Shown piece by piece: positions 1-9,684 of a stretch of DNA of 64,000 nt; positions within the stretch are counted from its first letter, which is position 1; each line of letters starts with the position of its first letter. The position numbers and the translations under genes are program-made. Source of the stretch: an uncultured bacterium (GTDB taxonomy: Bacteria > Edwardsbacteria > AC1 > EtOH8); contig CAWAAX010000003.1 of the NCBI GenBank assembly GCA_963780225.1, positions 96,001 to 160,000 on the forward strand, written 5' to 3'. The notes beneath the pieces are model-generated. The model searched no databases, was not told where the DNA came from, and worked only from the letters and a program-made list of their open reading frames with translations.

Positions 1-725
1 TGTCCGCAGAACCGGTGAAAAGCGGCTCCTACAGCTGCATCCTCAATCCCAACCTGGCCGGGGTCTTTGCCCACGAAGCCTTCGGCCATTTCTCGGAGGC
101 TGACATCGTGGAGACCCTGCCGGCCATGCGGAAGAGAATGACGCTGGGGACCAAATTGGGGAATGGGATATTGAATATAATCGATGACGCCACCCAGCCC
201 GGACAGCTCGGTTTCTACAAATACGACGACGAAGGGGTGGCGGTTCGGCCGGTTCAACTGATAAAGGACGGGGTCCTGACCGGACGGCTGCATTCACGGC
301 GGACGGCGGCCGAGTTTGGAGAGCCCTTGAGCGGCCACTGCGTGGCCGAGGATTACCGCTATGCGCCGATAGTGCGGATGGGAACCATCTACATCCAGCC
401 CGGGGAAAAAGGATTTGACGAACTGCTCCAGTCGCTGGGGGATGGATTGTATCTGTTGGATGCCAAGGGCGGCCAAACGTCCGGGGAGAATTTCACCTTC
501 GGCGCCAACTACGGCTACGAGGTCAGGCAGGGCAAGATCGGCCGGATGGTCCGGGACATAAACATCTCCGGCAACCTGTACCAGACATTGATGGACATCA
601 GCGCCGTGGGCAGCGACCTGAGGCTTTCACAGGTCGGCGGCTGCGGCAAGGGGCAGAGCAACATCCGTTCCTGTAACGGCGGACCGCACATCATAATCGA
701 TAACCTGATAGTGGGGGGCATCTGA
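1..725 (+). CDS. tldD: TldD/PmbA family metalloprotease TldD (5' part outside window)
   Basis: HEAFGH metal motif, DDEG motif, C-terminal GGCGK motif; frame open from window start; TGATG overlap with the next gene. Confidence 0.9.
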   Translation, partial: SAEPVKSGSYSCILNPNLAGVFAHEAFGHFSEADIVETLPAMRKRMTLGTKLGNGILNIIDDATQPGQLGFYKYDDEGVAVRPVQLIKDGVLTGRLHSRRTAAEFGEPLSGHCVAEDYRYAPIVRMGTIYIQPGEKGFDELLQSLGDGLYLLDAKGGQTSGENFTFGANYGYEVRQGKIGRMVRDINISGNLYQTLMDISAVGSDLRLSQVGGCGKGQSNIRSCNGGPHIIIDNLIVGGI

Positions 726-2038
726 TGGAAAAGCTTTTAGAAATGGCCGGAAAGGCCGCCGACCAGGCCGAGGTATTCTCGATCGAGCAGTCATCCAATT
801 CGGTGAGCTTTCAGGACGCCAAGCTCTACGACATAAAGACCAATTTTCTGTCGGGGGTCTCGTTGCGGATCATAAAGGACGGGAAACTGGGTTTTGCCTA
901 CACCCGCAACCTAAAGGACCGGCAAGGGCTTTTGGACAATGCCCTGCATTCGCTCCAGGGAGGGGTGGAGGCGGATTATGATCTGCCGGACACCCGAAGC
1001 GGCAAGGACCTGAACGCTTACAATCCGGAGACCGCCAAACTGACCAACAAAGAGCTGGTGGACGAGGCCAAGCGGATCTGCGATGCCCTCAAAACCAGTA
1101 CCACCGGAGAGATATCGGCCGGCGCCTACGCCGGCTTCGGCCGGCTTCGGTTGATGAACAGCCAGGGCGCTGACCTGGGCAATCGTAGTTCCCTGGCCGG
1201 GGCCTACGGTTCCATCACCTTCCCCGGATCGGGCAGCGGCATAGGCCGGCAGGTCCAGGGTAAGGGGATGGAAAAAATGCCGGAAGCCTTGATTGCCGAG
1301 ATGGCCGACCTGTTCGGGAAGTGCCAAAAGACCGTACAACCCAAGGGCGGCCGGATGAAGGTGTTGTTCATGCCGGACAGCATGATCACCCTGCTGTGGC
1401 GCATCTCCAGCGGGCTCAATAGCCGCAGCGTTTACGAAAAGATCTCTCCTAATGCCGCCCGGCTGGGGCAGAGGATATTCAGCCCGAAGCTAACCATCTT
1501 CGACGACCCTCTTAACGATGCCTATCCCGGCGCCCGGGCCTGGGATGACGAGGGGGTGCCTTGTAAGAAACTTCCCCTGGTCGAACAGGGCGTGCTGAAA
1601 GCCTTCTTCTACGATCTAAAATATGCAAAGAAACTGGGCGCCTTCTCCACCGGCCACGGTTACCGGGGCGACATCTGGGGCGGTGACCCAGTCACCGTAA
1701 AGCCCGTGCCGTACCTGGGGCACCTGTTCATAGAGCCGGGCACAGCTTCTTTGGCAAAACTGATATCCCTGATGGACCGCGGGATCATCATGGAAGGGGC
1801 GATGGGCGCCCACAGTGGCAATATTCCCAATGGGGACTATTGCGTCGGGATCAGCCCGGGGCTTTACGTGGAGAACGGCGAGATAGTAGGCCAGGTCAAG
1901 GATGCCATGGCAGCCGGCAATATCTACGAAACGCTGGAAAACGTGGTGGAGGTGGGGGACGCACTTTCCCCGTCGTTCGAAGGGGCCTGGGTTCCCCCAT
2001 TGCTGTGCGACGGGGTGTCGGTTACAACCAAGGCATAG
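725..2038 (+). CDS. pmbA: TldD/PmbA family protein PmbA/TldE
   Basis: WDDEGVP and STGHG motifs, no HExxH, coupled to tldD. Confidence 0.85.
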   Translation: MEKLLEMAGKAADQAEVFSIEQSSNSVSFQDAKLYDIKTNFLSGVSLRIIKDGKLGFAYTRNLKDRQGLLDNALHSLQGGVEADYDLPDTRSGKDLNAYNPETAKLTNKELVDEAKRICDALKTSTTGEISAGAYAGFGRLRLMNSQGADLGNRSSLAGAYGSITFPGSGSGIGRQVQGKGMEKMPEALIAEMADLFGKCQKTVQPKGGRMKVLFMPDSMITLLWRISSGLNSRSVYEKISPNAARLGQRIFSPKLTIFDDPLNDAYPGARAWDDEGVPCKKLPLVEQGVLKAFFYDLKYAKKLGAFSTGHGYRGDIWGGDPVTVKPVPYLGHLFIEPGTASLAKLISLMDRGIIMEGAMGAHSGNIPNGDYCVGISPGLYVENGEIVGQVKDAMAAGNIYETLENVVEVGDALSPSFEGAWVPPLLCDGVSVTTKA

Positions 2039-2098
2039 TGATCGGGGAAGGGACTTTCCGGCTGCACCCGGCAACAAATATATTTATCTCGAGGTTCA

Positions 2099-2863
2099 AT
2101 GAAAACAAAAAATAAACTTAACCGGGCGATGATCCTGCAATCTTTAAGACGGGCCCTGGAGCCGCAAAAACACATCCTGGCCATGTGGGAGGGCGGTGCC
2201 GCCGCCTTTGACCGGGTGGACCGTTGGTCGGACATTGACCTGATGGTGGCCTCCAAGGACGGACAGGCCGCCCAGGCCGCCGCAGAGGTGGAAGCGATCC
2301 TGAAAAAACTATCCCCCATCACCGCCAGGCTGTCCGCCAGCCACCCCAACTGGCCGGACATGATCCACACTTTTTACAAACTGGCCCTGGCCGATGAATT
2401 TCTGCTGGTGGACGTGGGGGTGATGCCCCAAAGCAGCAAAGACAAGCTGCTGGAGACCGAGATCCACGGGAAAGCCCTGGTCCACTTCGACAAGGCCGGG
2501 GTCTGCGTGCCGCCCCGGCTGGACCGGAAAAAGTTCCTGGCCGGCATGAAAGAGCGAAAGGCCAGGTTGATCAACATGTTTGAGCTGTTCTCCAATTACG
2601 TGGCCAAGGAACTTAACCGCAAGAATTATATCGAGGCCCAGTACAACTATTTCATGACCTTGAACATGCTGGTGGAAGCCTTGAGGATGAAGCACGGCCC
2701 GTTCCATTATGATTTCCGGGGGCGTTATCTGCACTATGAACTTCCTCACCGGGAGGTGGCCAAGCTGCAGGCCTTGTTCTATGTAAAGGATCCGGCTGAT
2801 CTGCGCCGCAAGGATGCCCGGGCCCGGCGGTGGTTCAATGAGACCATCAAGGCCGTGAAATAA
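2099..2863 (+). CDS. Nucleotidyltransferase domain protein (Pol-beta superfamily, LinB/ANT-like)
   Basis: GGAAAFDRVDRWSDIDL NTase motif followed by a helical C-terminal domain. Confidence 0.7.
   Translation: MKTKNKLNRAMILQSLRRALEPQKHILAMWEGGAAAFDRVDRWSDIDLMVASKDGQAAQAAAEVEAILKKLSPITARLSASHPNWPDMIHTFYKLALADEFLLVDVGVMPQSSKDKLLETEIHGKALVHFDKAGVCVPPRLDRKKFLAGMKERKARLINMFELFSNYVAKELNRKNYIEAQYNYFMTLNMLVEALRMKHGPFHYDFRGRYLHYELPHREVAKLQALFYVKDPADLRRKDARARRWFNETIKAVK
2790..2849 (+). repeat. Direct repeat copy 1 (3' end of the NTase gene)
   Basis: 58/60 identical to 3920-3979, offset 1130 bp. Confidence 0.95.
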
Positions 2864-2997
2864 AAAAATCTAACAGTTAATAAAATATAAGCTTATGGAG
2901 GATATTCAATGAAACGCCAATTATAGCAGACAACACGCACGTACACATTCGCAGACAACAACCACCAATCAGTTAAGTAATTTAAGGAGATCCGTAA

Positions 2998-3834
2998 ATG
3001 CCACGGTTATTCAGTCAAATCTGTATTGCAATTTTAATTATCTCGACATTCAGCGTCACGGGGCAATCGCAACCAAGGAACCACAAAGTCAAAGAAGATG
3101 GGTACAGCGGATTCACCGTCGGGGTTATGAATAGCGATCTGGGCGCCCTCAATAGCGCCATGAACGACGCCGGCTACGGTTCGTTCAAACGCACAAAGCC
3201 GTTTTTCGGATGGCTGGGCTACAGGATCGTTAACAATAGGGTGATGCTGGGCTATTGGACCGGATTCAACGAGCAGTCCGTGGAGAGCCAGCTCAACAAG
3301 GCCAAGATGTACTACGGGACCGGTTTCGCCAACGCCGGGTACGCGGCGATAAACGCCAAACACTACAAACTCATCCCGTTCGTCGGCGCGGGCGGCGGCG
3401 GCTATGTCCTCAACCTGCGACCCATCGACCAGGGCTCGCCTACGGTCAATGATCTCCTGACCGACCCCCGGCGTACCACCAGCATGACCGCAGGATACAT
3501 CGCTCTTGAGCTGGGGCTGAACAATCATTTTTCCTTCAATGTCCGCGACAAGCTGGAGGACGATGAGATCAAGACTTGCAAGGTCGGCGGCAACGTCCGG
3601 ATGGGCATGTTCTACCCGGTGGCGCGGTGCGACTGGACATTCTGGGATTTCGGGGAATTTGGAGAGCGGGACAACATGTTCAAGGGTCCGGCCACGGCGA
3701 ACAAGCCAACGTTCTATGTCAGCCTGACTGTGCTTTTCGGGAGCAGCAGCGTCAAGGCGTCCGGCGAGAAGGCCGCCCCGGCAACGATCCCTGGGCAGAT
3801 CGATGCCCCGCAGGACAGTACTGGGCAGCAATAA
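2998..3834 (+). CDS. Secreted, probable outer-membrane beta-barrel protein
   Basis: AAGGAG RBS, signal peptide, alternating Gly/aromatic beta-strand pattern. Confidence 0.6.
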   Translation: MPRLFSQICIAILIISTFSVTGQSQPRNHKVKEDGYSGFTVGVMNSDLGALNSAMNDAGYGSFKRTKPFFGWLGYRIVNNRVMLGYWTGFNEQSVESQLNKAKMYYGTGFANAGYAAINAKHYKLIPFVGAGGGGYVLNLRPIDQGSPTVNDLLTDPRRTTSMTAGYIALELGLNNHFSFNVRDKLEDDEIKTCKVGGNVRMGMFYPVARCDWTFWDFGEFGERDNMFKGPATANKPTFYVSLTVLFGSSSVKASGEKAAPATIPGQIDAPQDSTGQQ

Positions 3835-3856
3835 CGGCGACCTGAAGTCCCATTAC

Positions 3857-3891
3857 GCCGTGGAGGCCGGTCTGAGACCGGCCTCCACGGC
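3857..3891. repeat. Perfect 17-bp inverted repeat (REP-like or terminator hairpin)
   Basis: gccgtggaggccggtct-g-agaccggcctccacggc. Confidence 0.8.
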
Positions 3892-3919
3892 ATTGTTTTA
3901 TTTGACACAAACAATAAGT

Positions 3920-3979
3920 ATCCGGCCGACCTGCGCCGCAAGGATGCCCGGGCCCGGCGGTGGTTCAATGAGACCATCA
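3920..3979 (+). repeat. Direct repeat copy 2 (relic 3' end of the NTase gene)
   Basis: Reads PADLRRKDARARRWFNETI; the two differences from copy 1 are synonymous. Confidence 0.95.
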
Positions 3980-3993
3980 CGATTGTGAAATAC

Positions 3994-4023
3994 AAAGCCC
4001 TCCTGAAAACAGGAGGGCTTTTG
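3994..4023. terminator. Intrinsic terminator, probably bidirectional
   Basis: aaagccctcctg-aaaa-caggagggcttttt between convergent genes. Confidence 0.8.
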
Positions 4024-4061
4024 ACATTGAGTAAGGAATAAATACTGACAGGGCATCAGTG

Positions 4062-5657
4062 CTATCCGTATATTTTCAGCAAAAGCACTACAAACAAGGA
4101 AGTGACTGCGGTCAGTATCAGCGAAAATACGAAGGCCACCTTGAAGACCTTGGTCTCCTCGCCGATCTTGTCTATTGAAGCCGCCGCGTTCTGGAGCTTG
4201 GCCGGCGAGACCACGCTGGCCAGCCCGCCGCCGAAGGCCAGCCCGGCGGTAACGATGATCAGGCCCTTCAGAGAAAGGCCCAGGTTCTGAGCGGTGGTCA
4301 TGGTGTACTTGGCGAACATGGCGATGGCCGAGGCCTCGCTGCCGGTCAAAAAACCTCCGAACAGCCCGATGAAGGACACCACCGCGCCGTAGCCGCCCCG
4401 GAAGACCTGGGTGGAATAGTCGGCCAGCACCTTTATCATGCTGGGCACGGCGAACTGCCCCAGGCCCATGTCATAACCCGACATGTTCATGATCTCGCCG
4501 ATGGCGAAGAAGATGGCGGCGGCGAACACCGGCCGGGGAGCCCGTTTGAGCCAGACCCTCATAGAATCCTTCAACTGGGTCCTGGTGGGCTTGAGGAACG
4601 GCAGGGCCAAAGCGGTGCTGACCAGGATCCAGGTATAGGCCTGCCACAGGGCCCGGGTGTCCAGGGGCTTGCCATCGGCGGTCAGGCCGTTGATGGGCAG
4701 TTTCAGCGTACGGTAAAGGAAATTGAAACTGTCCTTGGGGATGTTCAGGACCAGGATCAGCACGATCAGTATCAGCCAGGGCAAAAAGGCCTTCCACAGG
4801 GGATAGGTCTTTTCGAACTCCAGCTCCTCCGCATTCAGACGGCTACGGTCGATGATCTTTTTCCCGGAAGCCTTAAGGTAGAGGGCCATGGCGGCGATAA
4901 CCGCCAGCCCGCACAGCACCCCGGTCAGCACCACCAGGTTCTCGAAGCGGTTGGTGAAATAGGCCACAACCCCGATCACCCCTCCGGTCAGCAGGCAGGG
5001 CAGCCAGCCCCGGCGCACCGCCTGCCATTTGCCTACGATCCACAGCATGCAGAACCCGATCATCGTTGATACCACCGGCAGGAACATGAAGAAGACCTGT
5101 CCGGCCTGGCGCAGCCCGATCTCGTTCCCTTTTCCCAGAAAGCTGTTGGCGATGTCCACGAACACCACGATGGGCGCTCCCAGCAGGGCGTAGGTGCAGA
5201 GCGAGTCGTAGCCTATGGACGGCAGGGCGATGGCCACGTAGGAGGAATAGCCCATGGCCAGCAGTATCGGAGGCAGGATGGAGACCGGGGTGGCTCCCAC
5301 CGCCACCATCAGGGTGCCGAAGCCGATGTTTATCATCATGATCTGCACCGCCTGGTTTCCCCCGGCCAGGGTCTTAATGAAGATGATCACCCTTTTCAAT
5401 GCTCCGGTCTTCTCCATCACCGCCATCTGCAGCAAAGAGGCGGCCACGATCAGCGAGACCGAGAACGAGCGGATTATGCCGGCCCCGGTGGAGCGCAGGA
5501 TGACCTCCCACGAGGTGTTGAAAAAAAAGAAGGCCGCCAGGGAAATGGCCAGCCAGCCGGCCAGGCCGCTCTGGTCGGCCGGGCGCTTGAAGGCTATCAG
5601 CATCACCAGGATCACAGCGATGGGAAGAAGGGTCAGCAGTAATTGCCAGATGGACAT
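4062..5657 (-). CDS. lctP: L-lactate permease (LctP family)
   Basis: Multi-pass membrane protein; GGFLTGSEAS and SVVSPAKL motifs. Confidence 0.8.
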   Translation of the reverse strand: MSIWQLLLTLLPIAVILVMLIAFKRPADQSGLAGWLAISLAAFFFFNTSWEVILRSTGAGIIRSFSVSLIVAASLLQMAVMEKTGALKRVIIFIKTLAGGNQAVQIMMINIGFGTLMVAVGATPVSILPPILLAMGYSSYVAIALPSIGYDSLCTYALLGAPIVVFVDIANSFLGKGNEIGLRQAGQVFFMFLPVVSTMIGFCMLWIVGKWQAVRRGWLPCLLTGGVIGVVAYFTNRFENLVVLTGVLCGLAVIAAMALYLKASGKKIIDRSRLNAEELEFEKTYPLWKAFLPWLILIVLILVLNIPKDSFNFLYRTLKLPINGLTADGKPLDTRALWQAYTWILVSTALALPFLKPTRTQLKDSMRVWLKRAPRPVFAAAIFFAIGEIMNMSGYDMGLGQFAVPSMIKVLADYSTQVFRGGYGAVVSFIGLFGGFLTGSEASAIAMFAKYTMTTAQNLGLSLKGLIIVTAGLAFGGGLASVVSPAKLQNAAASIDKIGEETKVFKVAFVFSLILTAVTSLFVVLLLKIYG

Positions 5658-5853
5658 GTTGGGCTCCTATTTCTTTTGACAGGATTAACAGGATCTCATC
5701 CATTCCTGTACTTAAATGATTAACGTCTAATTTTATAGCAACTGTCCGGTGCTGTCAACAAAAAAGCATCATCCGGGCTTGAAATAATAACGGATCGGGG
5801 GTATATTGGTATCCGGGTCAACAACAGTCCCACCATTCAAAAAGGATAAAACC

Positions 5854-6414
5854 ATGGACGTTAAAACCGCGATCCAGACCCGGCGGGCCTACCGCTCGCT
5901 GGCTCCGGTTCAGATAACAAAAGAAATGGTGGAGGACCTGGCCTCCGCCGCTTCCCTGGCCCCATCCTGCTTTAACAAGCAGCCCTGGCGGTTCGTCTTC
6001 GTTTACGGCCAAGAAGCTTTGTCCCAACTGTATCCGGCCCTTTCCAAAGGAAATGATTGGGCGCAGGAAGCCTCAATGATCATTGCAGTGTTCAGCAAAA
6101 AGGAGCTGGACTGCGTGATGAAGGACGGCCGGGAGTACTTTTCGTTCGACGCCGGTCTGGGGGTGATGTCGCTGACCCTGCGAGCCACCGAACTGGGGTT
6201 GGTGGCCCATCCCATCGCCGGGTTCGATCCGGTAAAAGCCCGGGAGGTGCTGGGCATCCCGGAGGATATGACGGTCATCACTCTGATCAATGTGGGGAAG
6301 CACGATGAGAAAATAAACCCCAAACTGAGCCCGGACCAGGCCGCGGGCGAGGCCGTCCGGCCTCCCAGGCTGCCTTTTGCTGAATTTTGTTACATCGATA
6401 AGTACAAAGCCTAA
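5854..6414 (+). CDS. Nitroreductase family protein
   Basis: RRAYR, APSCFNKQPWRF motifs; ATG after AAGGA RBS. Confidence 0.9.
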   Translation: MDVKTAIQTRRAYRSLAPVQITKEMVEDLASAASLAPSCFNKQPWRFVFVYGQEALSQLYPALSKGNDWAQEASMIIAVFSKKELDCVMKDGREYFSFDAGLGVMSLTLRATELGLVAHPIAGFDPVKAREVLGIPEDMTVITLINVGKHDEKINPKLSPDQAAGEAVRPPRLPFAEFCYIDKYKA

Positions 6415-6503
6415 GCCCTCTGTTCCGAACGAAAAGCTCCCGCGCTCCGGGGGCTTTTTTTGCTTTACAAAGGGGTTTTATTAGGATATTATTATCATAG
6501 GAG

Positions 6504-7031
6504 GTGGATCCGGTGGAAAAGGATTTAGAACTCAAATCACGCAATGTCTGCCTGCGGCACCCTGGCCCGGGAAACCTGCCATATATCCAAAAGCTGTGGG
6601 CCGATGCTGATACCATGAAGGATGTGGGCGGGCCGATAGTGATCGACGGGGAAAGGGCTAGGCGCTGGTTCGAAAAAATGGTCGATCCCGGTTCGCCCGG
6701 GGACCGCTATTTTCTGATCATCAACCGGGAGAACCTGCCGGTGGGCGAGGCCAGCTTCCATCGTTTTGACCCCGGCACTAAAACGGCTGAATTCAACCTC
6801 AAGATCGAGGCGCGTCACAGATACAAGGGATACGGCCCTGAGGCGGCCAGGCTCATCCTGGAATACTTTTTCAGCGGCTTTGGCGGCGAGGTGATGGCCG
6901 ATCCGATCGCGCTGGAAAACACCGCCGGACAAAAGGCGCTCCTGTCAATTGGTTTCGAACACGATCCTTCGCGCAAAGATGTCTTTATGGTGCGGATGAT
7001 AAAACAGAAGTTCTATTTGACCGGCCCTTAA
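6504..7031 (+). CDS. GNAT N-acetyltransferase (RimJ/RimL-like)
   Basis: RYKGYGPEA acetyl-CoA motif, N...GF motif. Confidence 0.8.
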   Translation: MDPVEKDLELKSRNVCLRHPGPGNLPYIQKLWADADTMKDVGGPIVIDGERARRWFEKMVDPGSPGDRYFLIINRENLPVGEASFHRFDPGTKTAEFNLKIEARHRYKGYGPEAARLILEYFFSGFGGEVMADPIALENTAGQKALLSIGFEHDPSRKDVFMVRMIKQKFYLTGP

Positions 7032-7069
7032 AATGAGAATTAAACCAGATCAACTAGAGAGGTAATATC

Positions 7070-7876
7070 ATGAGAAAAATGACCATTGCCCTGGCGATCC
7101 TGGCTTTGTGTGCTTCGGTGCTGCAAGCCCAGCCTGGCTTTGACGAAGCCAAACAATACTGGGATAAAAGAGGCGACAAGGCTTCGCTTAAACAAGCCAT
7201 TGAGGCCTACCAGAAGGCCTACGAGTCGGAGCCCAGCTATGCCCTGGCCGAGCGCCTAGCCTATGCCAATTATTTCCTGGCCGACGCCTTTGAACAGGGC
7301 GAGGCCAAGGCCGCCGGGTATTACAAGGGCTATGAGTGGGGTTTGAAAGCCCTGAAGTATGATGCTACTTTCAAAAAACTAACCGAGCAGGAAGACAAGT
7401 CCATGGGCGAGGCCGCGGCCGGGCTGGGCAAGGACTACTCCGGGGGCATATTCTGGACAGCCACCTCAATAGGCAAGTGGGCGAAGATGAAGGGGATATT
7501 GAAAACGGTCAAATATTCCAAACAGGCCAGGAAAATGGTCGAACACCTCTACCAGATAGACAAGACCTATTACTACGGCGGGGCGCCCCGCTGGCTGGCC
7601 ACCTATTATGCGGTGGCCCCGGGGATGTTCGGCGGGGACATGAAGAAGTCGAAGCAATGTTATGATGAGGCCCTGTCGCTCTATCCTGATTATTTTGCCA
7701 CCTCGGTGCTGATGGCCGAGAGCTATGCCGCCAAGATCAAGGACCAGGCTCTTTATAACAAATTGTTGGATGAAGTGCTGGCCAAATCGGCCTCCATAAT
7801 TTCAGAGATAGAGCCGGAGCAGATTACCGAGCAGGAAAAGGCAAAAAAGCTGAGATCGGCAAAATTTGAAAACTGA
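7070..7876 (+). CDS. Secreted TPR-like protein, TRAP transporter TatT-like
   Basis: Signal peptide, helical repeats, YYYGGAPR...APGMFGGD motif. Confidence 0.55.
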   Translation: MRKMTIALAILALCASVLQAQPGFDEAKQYWDKRGDKASLKQAIEAYQKAYESEPSYALAERLAYANYFLADAFEQGEAKAAGYYKGYEWGLKALKYDATFKKLTEQEDKSMGEAAAGLGKDYSGGIFWTATSIGKWAKMKGILKTVKYSKQARKMVEHLYQIDKTYYYGGAPRWLATYYAVAPGMFGGDMKKSKQCYDEALSLYPDYFATSVLMAESYAAKIKDQALYNKLLDEVLAKSASIISEIEPEQITEQEKAKKLRSAKFEN

Positions 7877-7999
7877 TTGAACACGGAAGGAATGATAATA
7901 AATAACATGGATGACATCATAGGCCTGCCTCCTTTGCGAAAGACCGGGTGGTGATGAAAACCAATTTTCCATCATAAGTCTTAAAGGATAAAATTAACG

Positions 8000-8557
8000 A
8001 TGGCAGTATATTGCATAAATCCGGGTCCCGGCAACACCCGGCAAACCCTGGAGCTGGCCGGGCAAAGGGCAAAGGAACTGGGGATAAAGAATATCCTCGT
8101 GGCTACCACTTCCGGGGCTACGGCCCTGGAGGCGGCCGGAATACTCAAGGGATTTAATGTCATTGCAGTAACCCACTCTACCGGCTTCTCGGCCAAGGAC
8201 TTCCAGGAGCTGCTGCCGGAGAACCGGGTTCAGTTGGAGAAGCTGGGAGTCAAGGTCCTCACCTGCCAGCACGCTTTGGGCGGGGTGAACCGGGCGGTGC
8301 GTTTCAAGCTAAAGACCTACCAGCTGGACGAGATCATCGCCTACACCCTGCGGATCATGGGCCAGGGATTTAAGGTCTGCCTGGAGATCGCCATGATGGC
8401 GGCCGACGCCGGACTGGCCTCGGTCAAGGAAGAGGCGGTGTGCATCGGGGGCACCGGCAGCGGGGCCGATACCGCGGTGGTGCTGACCCCGGTCAACGCC
8501 CAGGATTTCTTTGACCTGAAGGTTCACGAGATAATCTGCAAACCCCGGAAAATATAG
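8000..8557 (+). CDS. Pyruvate-kinase C-terminal alpha/beta-like protein (COG1751/DUF1867)
   Basis: VATTSGATA, GQGFKVCLEIAMMAADAG, GGTGSGADTA motifs. Confidence 0.8.
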   Translation: MAVYCINPGPGNTRQTLELAGQRAKELGIKNILVATTSGATALEAAGILKGFNVIAVTHSTGFSAKDFQELLPENRVQLEKLGVKVLTCQHALGGVNRAVRFKLKTYQLDEIIAYTLRIMGQGFKVCLEIAMMAADAGLASVKEEAVCIGGTGSGADTAVVLTPVNAQDFFDLKVHEIICKPRKI

Positions 8558-8560
8558 GAT

Positions 8561-9328
8561 ATGATGAGCGAAACCAACGCCAAATCCCAGGACATCCGAT
8601 TTTCCGCCTACTGGCGATCTTTTAAAAACTGCCTGAAATACCCCATAGAGGCCAGGCTGCTTAAACCGTTGGTCATAGCCTCCCTGGGGCTTTCGTTTTG
8701 GCAGTTCATCCAGTCGTTTTTCAGTCTGTTGCCTAAGATGCCGGCTCAAATCTACGGATTGGCTCAGGTTTTAGGCGGCATGGCCGGGTTTTTGATCCTG
8801 CTGATGGCCCCCGGTATTTTGGTGGAAATAATTTCACGAACTACCCAAAGAGGCGATCCGGATTTGTCTTTAAAAGGCCTGGCCGGCCAGGCGGAAAAAA
8901 TTGTGATGGCTACCTTAAAAGCGGCCGTCATATCAATCTGGTCTTTCCTTCCCCTGGAGATATATTTTGCTCTTCTGGTAAAAAGCAAATCTGTTCCGTC
9001 CTTCGGGCTGACGGGGGTACTGCTTTTGCTGGGACTGATCTATTTTCCCATGTCTCTGCTTTTATTGGCCGTCAGCGGCAAGACCATGTCCTCGCTGCTG
9101 GTCTCCAATGTGCTGGAGCCGATGACCAGAACAGCCGGAAGCTATGCCGGTTTCCTTTTCCCGTTCTGGGCCATGATGCTGCTGCCTTTGGCCGGGCTGC
9201 AGTTGTGGCCGGTTCCCTTTATCGGGCCGTGGGCCGCCTGTTTCATCCTTTTCTATTCATGCTCGTGCGCCATGAAACTGCTGGGGGAATTTTATCTTTT
9301 GAACAGGGATAAGATCAAAAAGCCATGA
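8561..9328 (+). CDS. Hypothetical integral membrane protein
   Basis: About six hydrophobic segments; operon-coupled on both sides. Confidence 0.6.
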   Translation: MMSETNAKSQDIRFSAYWRSFKNCLKYPIEARLLKPLVIASLGLSFWQFIQSFFSLLPKMPAQIYGLAQVLGGMAGFLILLMAPGILVEIISRTTQRGDPDLSLKGLAGQAEKIVMATLKAAVISIWSFLPLEIYFALLVKSKSVPSFGLTGVLLLLGLIYFPMSLLLLAVSGKTMSSLLVSNVLEPMTRTAGSYAGFLFPFWAMMLLPLAGLQLWPVPFIGPWAACFILFYSCSCAMKLLGEFYLLNRDKIKKP

Positions 9329-9669
9329 AGATCGAAAGCTATGCCTTTGGAGCGATAATGATCGACGGCAGGGAATACCGTTCCGATCTGATCATTTATC
9401 CCGACCACATCGACGACCAGTGGTGGCGCCGGGAAGGCCACCTGTTGCAGAGGGAGGACCTGTCCGGGGCCTTTTCTCTCAAACCTGAATTGCTGATAGT
9501 GGGCCGGGGCCTACCGGGCCTGATGGCAGTTGACAAGAAGGTGGAAGAGTACTGCCGGGACCAAAAGATCGAACTGATCAGCCTACCCACCCCGGAGGCC
9601 GTTGAAAAGTACAACCAACTGGCAAACAAAAAGCCGCTGGTGATAGCGGCTTTGCATCTTACCTGTTGA
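9325..9669 (+). CDS. Mth938-like (DUF498) protein
   Basis: YAFGAIMIDG N-terminus and AALHLTC C-terminus. Confidence 0.85.
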   Translation: MKIESYAFGAIMIDGREYRSDLIIYPDHIDDQWWRREGHLLQREDLSGAFSLKPELLIVGRGLPGLMAVDKKVEEYCRDQKIELISLPTPEAVEKYNQLANKKPLVIAALHLTC

Positions 9670-9684
9670 AGAATCATTCTTTGA

